Assembly (NCBI GenBank): GCA_004431415.1
Contig: QPMI01000097.1
Coordinates: 127,409-191,408 of the forward strand
Source of the DNA: Cyanophora paradoxa CCMP329
Lineage: Eukaryota > Plantae > Glaucophyta
Length of the DNA stretch: 64,000 bases
Direction: 5' to 3'
The notes below the pieces were generated by a model that saw only the letters and a program-made list of their open reading frames with translations, searched no databases and was not told the origin of the DNA. Position numbers and translations under genes: made by a program. Below, piece by piece: positions 1-10,190 of this stretch (positions are counted from its first letter, which is position 1; the number at the start of each line of letters is the position of its first letter).

Positions 1-2005
1 CTCCTCAGCAGCAGCAGCCGGCGCTCCGCCGATGGCCGCCGCTGGGAGGACGACCGGCGGGGGTGGCGTTGGCGCCTCCGGTGCCGATCCAGCGCTCGGG
101 CTCTTGATGCGGGGCGCGGAGGGGCGGTGGCCGGGGACGGGACCCGGGCCGGCGGCGGCGGCGGCGCGGGCGGCGGCCTGGGCGGCGGTCTCCTTGAAGC
201 GCGGCATGCGGACAACCGCTGTCCCCACGGAAGGCGGCGGCGTCCGCGGCCGCTGCCCCGCGGCTACGGCCGGGGGGGCGGCGTGCTGGCGCGGCGCGCG
301 GCGGTGGCGTCCGAGGCGGGCCGGTCGGCGCGGAAGACGCGGCTCTGCGCTGCGCGTCGGGCTTGGGCGCGGGGGCGGGGCGGCGGTCGGACGCACCGTG
401 GATGCGTCCCCGCCAGCGGTCGAAGCGCGCGAGGGCGGCCGCGCCGCCTCGGCCGGGGCCGGCGGCGGCGGCGGTGGAGACGGCGTCCGCACCGCCCGCA
501 CTTGCTGCTGGGGCTCGTGGGGGCGCTGCGCCTGCGGCTGCGGCTGCCCCGGGGCGTCCCAGGCCTCGCGGAGGGCGGAGGAGGAGGCGGGGCCGGCCGC
601 CGCGTCCACGGGCAGCGGGACGAAGCGCTGGAAGGCGGCCGCCGCGGGGGCCGACGCGGGGCGGGGCGGGGGCGAGCGGTCGCGGGAGTCGGGGCGGGGC
701 GGGGCGGGAGCGGGAGCCGGGGGCGGTGCGGGGCGGCGGGGGGCTGCGCTCGGCAGCGAGGGCCTCGGCGAGGGCGTCGGAGAGCATGGAGGCGTCCGGC
801 GTGCGGTGCGAGCCCGACTGCAGCTCCCCGAAGCTCACCGACACGCCGCCGCCGCCGCCGCCCCCGCCGCCCTCGACCCCGGGGCTGCCCCCGGCGGGGC
901 GGGGCGCCGGGGAGACGGGGGACTGGTGGTGGGAGAGCATGCCGAGGAGGGAGCTGAGGACGTCGACGGCGGCGCGCGCCGGGCCGGGCGCGACGCCCTC
1001 AACCGACCACGGGCTGCCCCCGGCGCTCCGGCCCCCCGAGGCCGCCCCCGGGCTGGGTGGGGAGAGGCGGCGCGGCTGGACGACCTGGAGCGGGGCCGGC
1101 GAGAAGGGCGGCTCCGAGTCGGGGCTTTCGGGGCGCTCGTAGCGGGGCGGCGGGCTCGCGAGGGCCTCGCCGAGGGAGCGCGGGCGGTCGACCTTGACGG
1201 CCGACGAGTCGGCGCCGGAGCGGAACTCATCGAGCAGCTCCCGCAGCGCCTCCCGCGAGTTGCCCCGCTTCCCCGCCCCGCTCCACCGCGACACGTTCGG
1301 CGCCACGTTCTCGTTCCCCTCGCTCGACACGCTCGCGTCCGTGCTCACGTCCGCCGCCGCCGGCGCCGCCGCAACTGCGACCTCCTCCCGCACGGGCGCC
1401 AGCCGCGCCGCCCCCGCGCGCTGCCCGCGGGCCGAGTCGGCGTCGGAGGCGGCGGAAGAGAGCGGGGCCGCGGAGGTGAGGCTGCTGGCCGGCGAGCCGA
1501 GCGAGTGGGCGCGGCTGCCCAGCGAGAGGTCCTTCGCAGAGGAGCGCGACGAGACGACGGACGCTGCCGAGGGCGACAGCACCGACTCCAGGCTCGCCAA
1601 CGGCGCCTGCGAGCTCCGCGTGCTGATTGACGCCCGCGTCGCCGGCTTCGCGCCCTGCGCCGGCGCCGAGGCTGAAAGAAGGTAACGCTGCAGGGGGTCC
1701 TGCTTGCGAAATTTAGAGCAGAAGACGGCGATGAAACAAGAATGCTTTCGAACCATGTGTTCGTAATGCACGGTCCCCTCCTGCGCAGGAGGCGCCACGG
1801 ACTTCTCCCTGCAGCTGCGTCTCAGCCGCTTCCAGGCAGCCAGCCTTGCGAGAAGCTGTTTGACGGACCTTTCGAAGCGCGATATATAATCTTCTAGAAG
1901 CTGGGTTGCACTCCGGCCCTCCACTGCCGCCGGTTGCTGCCTGGCGTCGACGGCTTGGGCAGGCGGATCCGTCGGCGCCCTGTGGGCAGTGGCGGGTTGC
2001 GGCAT
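1..2005 (-). CDS. Hypothetical Ser/Pro/Ala-rich protein, multi-exon, 3' end runs off the window
   Basis: ATG at 2005; protein-like stretches (RSATQLLEDYISRFE, EALRELLDEFRSG, MLSDALAEALAAE) separated by CCCCG-rich intron-like segments; no family confidently recognised. Confidence 0.55.
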
Positions 2006-2018
2006 TCGCTGAACGTGG

Positions 2019-2090
2019 TCTTGGCGCGAGGCCGGGGCTGGCGTGACTCCATGATCTTGGCGCGAGGCCGGGGCTGAGACGACTCCGTGA
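2019..2090. repeat. Tandem duplication, 2 x 36 bp, in a divergent promoter
   Basis: tcttggcgcgaggccggggctg....gactcc.tga at 2019-2054 and 2055-2090. Confidence 0.9.
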
Positions 2091-2264
2091 AGCCTCAGCG
2101 AACGCCTGCGGGAATTTGAATTTCGCAGGTCCCAGGGCGCAATGGGCAGGGGCGCATCACGCGGAAAAGAACGCTGAGCGTTTCTCTAAGCCAAAGCGGC
2201 CCATCTCACCTCGCGGAGGGCTTCGCCACAGGGTGCGTCGCGGGTGCCGGGTGGCGGGCCTGCG

Positions 2265-3691
2265 ATGCTAGCGGCATGGCTGCAAGCTAGCTGGCCAACA
2301 GCACCCTGCTACGGCGCAGGCAGCAAAGCTATCGCGCTGCCCAGCTGACACGCCGCAATTCTAGGTTACTGTACCCGGGCCACAAAAAAACACGTTCGCG
2401 GTGCCACTTCGCCGCTGTTCGGCCTGCGGGGCATCGGACGCACCAGTGCAACAATGGTGCTCCCGGGAGTCGCTCCCATTCGGCGCCTTCCCGATCTTAT
2501 GGGTCGGCTCGTCGAAGCGGGTGCGCGGGCCTCCCTGGCGCCGCCCGCCACGGCGTTTCTGTGCATTGACGCAGGCCGCGCTTCGCTTGCAGGCGTCCAG
2601 TACGGCCGGTCGCCGGGCGCATGGAATCCGAAGATGGCGAGCTACCTTCTTGGCGAGCGCTCGAAGGTCTACCACCTCTTCGACCTAGATCAGACGGCAG
2701 TCGCGCTGCGGAAAGCCGCCAACTTCGTCACCGACATCACGGCGGATGGCGGCCACGTGATGTTCGTGGGGCGCCGGAAGGGCCTCGCGGACCAGATCAA
2801 GGAGACGGCGCTGCGCGTGGATATGCCGTACTACAATGTGCGGTGGCGCGGAGGAATCTTCTCCAACTGGAAGGTGGCGGCGAACAGCGTGGACCGCTTG
2901 ATCATCATGGACCATGAGATCGCCGAGAACGAGACGACGCAGCAGATCAAGCCGCGGGAGCTGGCGCTGCTGAAGCGGCGGTGGAAGAAGCTAGACAAGG
3001 CGTTCGGCGGGCTCCGCATGCTGGAGGGCGGGCGCCCCGACGCCATCTTCCTGTTCAACCCGCTGCAGTTCCGCGGCCTCGTGCGGGAGTCGTTCTTCGA
3101 GCACATCCCGATCATCGGGGTGGTGGACTCGAGCGACGACCCGACGGGGATCACGTACCCGATCCCGGGCAACTCGACGCGCGAGGCGGCCATCCGCCTC
3201 TACCTCGATATCATGGCGACCGCCGTGGAGCGGGGCCGGGAGCTGTGGGCGCAGCAGACGTACCGGGCGGCGCTGGAGTACGCGCGGCGTGAGGCCGGCA
3301 ACATCGACTTCAACCCCGACGAGGACGAGCTCGAGGTCCCGCCCCGCGCCCCCGCCCCGCCCCGCGCCCCGCGCCCCGCCCGAGCGGCCCCGCCCCAGCT
3401 CGAGGAGGAGGAGGACACGCTCGCCGAAAAGGTCCGTTCTCGGGGGGCGCGCCGCGGGGCGTCGGGGCGGGGGCTGAGGGGAGGCGGGGCAGGCGGAGCG
3501 GGCGAAGCAGCGGCTGAAGCAGCGGGTGAAGGACGCGATCCGGGACGCGAGCCCCGTGGAGCAGCCCGACGAGGACGAGGAGGCCGACCGCCGCCGCCGC
3601 CGCTACGACGTCCGCCCGCCCCGCCCCGCCCCGTCCCGCGAGTCCCGCGAGCCCCGCGAGCCCCGCGCAGGACGACGACGAGGAGGACGAG

Positions 3692-3725
<34 letters not shown>

Positions 3726-3778
3726 CGGAGGAGGAGGGCCCCGCGCCTTCCCCAGCCGGCCCTGCCCGCGCCCGGTAG
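2265..3778 (+). CDS. rps2: Ribosomal protein uS2, probably mitochondrial, nuclear-encoded, with acidic C-terminal tail (start approximate)
   Basis: LVEAG|VQYGRSPGAWNPKMASYLLGERSKVYHLFDLDQT, MFVG, RWRGGIFSNW, PDAIF, IPIIGVVDSSDDPTGITYPIPGN are bacterial-type uS2 motifs; basic, acid-free N-terminus without the plastid Phe motif; TAG at 3776-3778. Confidence 0.88.
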
Positions 3779-4494
3779 GCCCCACGCGCCCCCTCTCCGA
3801 CCCATCACCCCTTCTTCGCCCTGCGCTGGGCGCCCCGGTCCCTCTGCCCCCGCCTGGCCCCCCAACGCGTCGGCCCCGTCTGCCCCCGGGCTCTCCCGCT
3901 CCCCCTCTGGCCGCCATCAGGCCCTCCCGTGCCGTGATGCGCCCTGCCCCCTTCCATACTCCCAGGCTCTTCCTCTGCCCGCTGCCTTCGGGCCTGCGCA
4001 ATCCCTCTTACTATCGAGCGCGTCGCTGTATTCTTTTCGCTTCGAATCCGGAAAGCAGATGTCTTTGCTCCTCCTCATCATAGCTAGCATGACCTGGCGC
4101 CGGCGCGTGGCGGCGGCCGCTGCGAGTGAGCCGGCGCCATGCGCCTGGTTCAACGGTTAGCCTTAGCTGCATGCTGCAGTGCGCAGCTCCCGAAGCCGCG
4201 GCCGCCAGATGCGCGTGCCGCAGTGCAGCCGCGCGACGAGCCCCCAAGCCCGCCGGCTGATCATGAGCCCGCGGCGACGTCGACGTCGACAGCATTAATA
4301 TTAATCGCGAGCCGAGCTCGAGGGCCGGGCTGGCTATGGGGCGCGCGAGTCACCCCCTGTACCCCTCTCGAGCGCTAGCAGCTAGCTTCTTTCACGCAAA
4401 GCAACAGCGCTTCAGCCCTAGCCACTACTACTGATAGGCGCACAGCTCTGCGCCCCGCAACTGCAGGCGCTGCCCGGTCGCCTCGATCGCGGTC

Positions 4495-7488
4495 ATGTCT
4501 CTCGCTGTGCAGGCGGCGAACAACGTGAAGATCTACAACGTCAGGCGCGTCTCTTCTTCGCACTCGACGACGCGCACGGCGACGCGCACGCGCTAAGCGG
4601 CCCCCCGCAGCTCGGGCAAGACCCTCCCGCAGTGGCTCTCGGAGAAGAAAAAGAAGGCGCTCAAGTACGATGAGGGTGCGGCGCCTTGAGGGGCCCCGAT
4701 CGGCGCGCGCCGCGGCTGAGCGCGGCGTACGTCGCGGGCAGACTTCCGGCGGCGCATCGAGCTGGTGCAGGACCTCGAGTTCCCGACCGCGTCGCAGCGC
4801 ATACATGCCACGCCTGACGGGCAGTTCCTCCTCGCCGCCGGTGCGCTCCACGGGGCGCGATCGCCGCGCGCCGCGGCGGGTCCGAGTGGTGCGCGGCAGG
4901 GAACTACCCGCCGCAGCTGCGGTGCTACGAGTTCTCGCAGCTGAGCATGAAGTTCCAGCGGAACCTCACCTGCGACGTCTCCCAGTTCCTCGTGCGCGGC
5001 GCCCCGGGGGACCGGCGGGGCGGGCGGGCGAGGGGGCGGCGCGGCGGCAGGTGCTCTCGGAGGACTACGCGAAGCTGGCGCTGATGCTCGAGGACCGCAC
5101 CGTCGAGTTCCACGCCCAGTTCGGCTCCTACTACAAGACCCGCATCCCCCGCGTCCGCCCCGCCCCGCCCCGCCCCCGCCCCCGCCCGGCCGAGCGGAGG
5201 GCGGGGCGGCAGGTGGGGCGGGACATGGCGTACGACGCCGTCAGCTGCGACCTGCTCATGTGCGGCTCGGCGCCGCAGGTGCGCGGGGCGCCGGGCGGGC
5301 GGGGCGGGGGCCGGGGGCGAGGGGGCGGCGGGGGCGCGCAGGTCTACCGCCTCAACCTCGAGCAGGGCCGCTTCCTCGAGCCCCTCGAGACCGACGCCCC
5401 CGCCATCCACGTGCCCCCGCCACGCCCCGCCCCGCCCCGCCGCCCCGCCGGCCCCCGACGCCGGCTGCAGGCGTGCCACATGAACCCCGCCCACCGGCTG
5501 CTGGCGCTCGCCTGCGAGAACGGGACCGTGGAGTGCTGGGACGCCCGGGTGGCGACGCGGGCGGGGTGCCTGGCGATCGGGGACACGGAGGCGACGGCGG
5601 TGCGGTTCGACGGGGACGGGCTGACGATGGCGGTGGGGACGAGCAGCGGGCGGGCGCTGCTCTTCGACCTGCGCTCGCGGCACCCGCTGCTGACGAAGGA
5701 CCACCACTACGGCCTCCCCGTCCACTCGCTCCGCTTCCACGCCGCCTCCCGCCACGTCATCTCTGCTGACGCCAAGGCCATCCGCATCTGGGACCGCTCC
5801 TCGGCGCGCCCCCCGCCCCGCCGCGCACCGGGGGCGGGGGCTGACGGCGGGGGGGGCCAGGGGCGGGCGATGGCGAGCGTGGAGCCGAAGGGGGACGTGC
5901 GGGACCTCTGCGTCTTCGGCGACTCGGGCCTCCTCATGGCCTCGGGCGAGGCGCAGCGCGTCCAGGTCTACTTCATCCCGGCGCTCGGCCCGGCGCCCCG
6001 CTGGTGCTCCTTCCTCGAGAACCTCACCGAGGAGCTCGAGGAGGAGCGCCGGGGGACCGTCTACGAGGACTACAAGTTCGTCACCCGCGAGGAGCTCGAG
6101 ACGGTCGGCCTGGGGCACCTCCTCGGCACCCCGCTCCTCCGCGCCTACATGCACGGCTTCTTCCTCGACCACGCGCGCCGGCCCCGCCCGCCCCGCCGCG
6201 CCCCGCGCTGAGCGCCCCGCAGCGGCTCTACCTGAAGGCGCTGGCGGCCTCCAAGCCCTTCGCCTACGAGGAGTGGCGCAAGCAGCAGGCCCGCCCCGCC
6301 CGGCCCCGCCCCCGCCCCCGGCCCCCGGCGCCCCGCCGAGGCCCCTCCCCGCAGGTGAAGGATCGCCTCGAGAAGGAGCGCGCCGCGCGCATCGTCCTCA
6401 AGAAGCGCAACGCCGCGCCAAAGGCCCGCCCCCGCGCCCCCGGCCCCGCCCTGCCCCGCCCCGCCGCCCCGGGCGAGGCCGGCGGGGCGCAGGTGAACGC
6501 GAAGCTGGCGGAGAAGCTGGCGAGCGAAAGCGAGGGGGAGAGGGAGGGTGCGACGTCGGGCAAGAAGCGGCGCAAGGAGGACGTCGCCCGCCGCGTCACC
6601 GGCGACGCCCGCTTCGCCGCCCTCTTCCAGAACCCCGTCCGCCCGCCCACGCCCCGCCCCGCCCGCTGCCGGCGGCGGCGAAGGCCGACGGGGGCGCAGG
6701 ACTTCGAGATCGACGAGTCGAGCTTCGACTACGCGCGGATGCACCCGACGCGGCCGCAGCGGGGCGGCGGCAGCGACGAGGAGGAGGGCGGGGCGCGGGG
6801 GGCGGCGCGGCGGGGGCGCGAGGCGGAGGACGCGGCGAGCGAGGAGGAGGGCCGCCCCGACGACGCCTCCACTTCCAGGCGCCCCCGCCCCACCCCGCCC
6901 CGCCCGCCCGCCTCACCCCCCGCCCCAGCTCCAGCGGCGCCGAGGCGAGCGGCAGCGAGGAGGAGGAGGAGGAGGAGGAGCCGCGTGCGCCGGCTCCTAA
7001 GCCGAAGCAGGCGCCCGCGGCGGCCCCGCGCGGAAGCGGGCGCCGGCGATGCGGGTGCGGGAGGCCGGCGGGGGCTGCGGGGGGGCGGGGGTGACGGGGG
7101 CGGGGCGGGGCCAGGGGGCGGTGGGGAGCCGGGAGGAGGCACGGGCGATGAAGCAGACGATGGGGGAGCGGCTGGCGGCGCTCCAGGCGAGCGCGGGGGA
7201 CGCCGTCGCCGTCCGCCCCGGCGGCAACAAGGAGCTCACCTTCACGCCCCGCTCCGGCGCCAAGGCCCGCCCCGCCCCGCCCCGCCCCCCCCCCCCCTCA
7301 TCCCGCCGGCCCCGCCACGCCCCGCTCTGCGGCGCTGACGTACGGGCCCGCAGAGGGGCAAGGCGGGGAGCGACGGGGAGGGCGGGGGCGCGCGGCAGCG
7401 GCGGGGGATGGATGCTGTGGGCATGAAGGGCAACATCGGCGGCGCACAGCGGAACAACGCCAACCGCTGGTGGCTCAAGAAGCGCTAG
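4495..7488 (+). CDS. NOL10: Nucleolar protein 10 / Enp2 (WD40, NUC153), 16 exons
   Basis: NNVKIYNVSSGKTLPQWL, RRIELVQDLEFP, YPPQLRCYE, DRTVEFHAQFG, IPALGPAPRWCSFLENLTEELEE, VYEDYKFVT, LLRAYMHGFF, DARFAALFQNPDFEIDE; 15 introns restore one frame. Confidence 0.97.
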
Positions 7489-7534
7489 CCCCCGTCCCCC
7501 GGCCCAGCGCTCGAGGGGCCCCCGGAAGCCTTTC

Positions 7535-8160
7535 ATGATCACCAGCTGCAGTGCCACGATGTGGTCCTGAAGTCGATATCCGGATGTACATGTGGCCGTC
7601 AAGTCCGACGGTCATGGCTCATGATCATGGTCACGAAGCGAGTGAGGCTCTAGATCTATGATCAGTCTAGATCTTCACTGAGTCAATTGCAACGTCCGAC
7701 GGTCTCAAGCATACACTCATGCCATGATGATCATTGAGGCCCGAGTTCCGAGCTCGTTCACAGGCTCAATGCCCTCAGCCGCTGAGCTAGGCCCGGTGGC
7801 TCGGTAGGCTCATCCGCTGAGCGGCTTGTGGCTGGCGAGTCGCGTCCGACGGTCGGACCGTCGGACCACGGTACCGGTCCGACGGTCCTTGCGAGCTTGC
7901 AGCTGCACTGCGGCAGCTGAAGCCTTGATTGAAGCCTCATGATCATGCCATGATGATCATTGATTGAAGATGATCATCATGCCATGATAAAGCCTGGCAG
8001 GGGGCCGGGCCTTGGCATGGCCCACTGGGCCAGTGGAAGCTTCGAATTGAAACGAGTTCCAAGAAGCTTTGAATCTAGATCTAGAAGAAGCCTTTGAAGC
8101 TTCAAATTGAAACGAGTTCCAAGCCTTGAAGTTGAAAAGCTCAAGGGTTCAGAGATTCAA
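7535..8160. repeat. Palindrome-rich intergenic composite repeat
   Basis: Repeated gtccgacggtc (~7603, 7694, 7844, 7877), catgccatgat(gatcat) x3, gaagcttc.aattgaaacgagttccaag x2 (~8036, ~8096); lower GC than the flanking genes. Confidence 0.8.
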
Positions 8161-8399
8161 AATTCTGGTGCAGGTCAAGAGGTTCAATAACTGGCAAGAC
8201 TCAGCGACTCGGAGAGAGAGAAAGATCTGGAATGCAGATGTGCGGGGCATGGTTCACGATCGCGAGTTCCGCAAGCCTGGCAGCTGCAGCTGAGCTGCAT
8301 GCGCAGGCCACGGGCGTCCAGCTCGACACCGCTCGCGAGACTCGAGTCTGAAGCCCTCAGGGCCTCGGGCCCCGGAGGGGAGCACGGCCGGCACGCGAG

Positions 8400-9525
8400 C
8401 TACTCGACGGGAGCAGACTCCAGGCCCCTCCACAGGCAGCGCCCCAAAGGGGCGATGGGGTAGCCCCAGCGGCAGAGGGCGGGGAGGCGCGGGAGGGAGG
8501 CGGCGGCGGTGCGGACGGCGGCGGCGCGCTCGAGCGCCTCGGCCGCCCGCTTCGCCGCTGCGCTCTCCACGCGCGCCACCACCCGCCGCCCCGCCCCGCC
8601 CGCCTCCCCGCCCGCCGGCCCTGCAGCCGGGCGCTTCCCCTTGCGCCCTCCCCGCGCGCGCGCCTCGGGCGGGGCTGCCTCCTCGCGCGGCTCCGGGGCG
8701 CCCGGCGGGGCGGCCTCGGGCTCCGGGGGGAGGCGGGAACGGCGCGCCCCGGGGCGCCTCCGGCTCGCAGTCGAGGGCCCGCTGTCCTCCTCCCAGTGCG
8801 CAAGGCGCCGCGGCGCCGGCGGTGTCGCCAGCGCGCGCCGCGCCCCCGCCGCGCCCGGGCTCACCGCCAGGATCGCCCGCACGGGCCGCTTCCGCAGCAG
8901 CCCGTCGTCCACCACCGCCGCCGCCCGCCCCGCCGGGCGATCTCGCTCGCCACGCGCCCCACGCGGCCCCGCGGCCGGTGCCCCCCCTGCGCGGCGCCCG
9001 ATCGATGTCAGGGCGGCGCCGGCGGGCGCGGGCAGCTGCAGGCGCACCGGGTGCGTCAGCGTCGACCTCCGGGGCGCGCGCATGCGAGGAAGTCGGCGGC
9101 TTCACGTCGTACAGGGGCGAGAGGTAGACCGGGCGGCGGCATTGCGATGCCGGCGCCGGAGGCGGCGGAGAGGAGGCCCCCGCGATCGGCTCCGCATCTG
9201 GGGCTCGCCGCCGCCGGCGCTGCAGCTCTCCAGCGAGTGGCGGCGACTCGTTGCTGCGCTTGCAGCCGGGCCGCGTCAGGTCCGTGTCCGCGTGCTCCGA
9301 CTGGCGGGTGACGGCGGCGGCCGCTGCAGAGGAATTTGAAGTGCTGGCGCTCGGGGTCGGCGCGGGAGAGGGTCGGCTCTCCATCGTCCCGGGGCGACAC
9401 GCTGCAATCGGGGTTGACCCGCCGGCGTCGCCCAGCGCGCCATCGACAGGAGAACTCCCGGTGCCCAGGTAGATTGGCCATGGGGTCACCGAGGAGCGCG
9501 CGCCCCGCGCCGGAGTGACCTCCAT
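8400..9525 (-). CDS. Hypothetical low-complexity protein
   Basis: ATG at 9525; frames MEVTPARG...PVYLSPLYDVKPP and DDGLLRKRPVRAILAV...CRWGYPIAPLGRCLWRGLESAPVE* can be joined through one putative intron; no family recognised. Confidence 0.4.
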
Positions 9526-9583
9526 GTCTCCACTGGAATCTTCCGAGCAGATGCAAGTTTAGACAGCTGGCGAACAATTGCAA

Positions 9584-10065
9584 ATGCAAGCTTCGGCACC
9601 AGCCAGGGTCATCTTCGAGGTCCCCGCGACCGCAGCCGGCGCCGCGGCCGGACGGATCAAAAGTTTCGAGGACGGAGACAGCAGGCACGACGCAGGGACC
9701 ATGACTGCGTCATCGATATCCGAGCAGAGCTTCGATGAGCTCGAGCTTGCATCCAGCGGCGGCTCGTCTGCGATCAAATTCTGCGAAACATGCCAGGTCA
9801 GCTCGAAGGCGTTGAGCAGGCGAGCGGATGAACGCTTCATTAGCTAAACGACAACCTTCTGCGCATGTACGCGACGCACGTGCACCTGATCGTGGCCAGC
9901 GGGCGCGGGCTCGAAGAGCGCTTCAACCTGATGCGAGAACGAAGCTGCGATCCCAAGAGCGCCTTCTTTCTCTCGCTGATCACGCTCGATGGCCAAGCAC
10001 ACGCGCTCGACGGTCTCCGAGAGAAATTCGGCGACAACGAGCTCCATCGCCCTTGCTCGCGCTAA
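9584..10065 (+). CDS. Small hypothetical protein, two exons
   Basis: MQASAPARVIFEVP...KFCETCQ, GT-AG intron (~9797-9843), then LNDNLLRMYATHVHLIV...ELHRPCSR*. Confidence 0.4.
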
Positions 10066-10190
10066 GACGTCACTACGCCGCCAGCGCTCTGCGCCAAATT
10101 AACTCTTTATGCGCTGCGAGGCGAGCTGGCAAGGTTCTTGCTTCTCAACTTCTCAAAAGTTGCGGGGTACCGCGTTGTGCACGAGCCTGG

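Noticed and set aside
1500-2005. Similarity of the first gene to PROSER3-type centrosomal proteins (Y..RF motifs)
   Set aside because: Only very short motif resemblance; needs a profile search
4545-7353. Introner (mobile intron) family
   Set aside because: The introns share only low-complexity CCCCG pentamers and splice signals, not extended unique sequence identity or target-site duplications
7715-7990. ATGATGA words as snoRNA box C
   Set aside because: They are part of the CATGATGATCAT palindromic repeats, with no convincing box D, terminal stem or rRNA antisense element
7940-8130. Repeats with spacing that could suggest a CRISPR array
   Set aside because: Only two or three irregular copies, no uniform unique spacers, no cas genes, eukaryotic context
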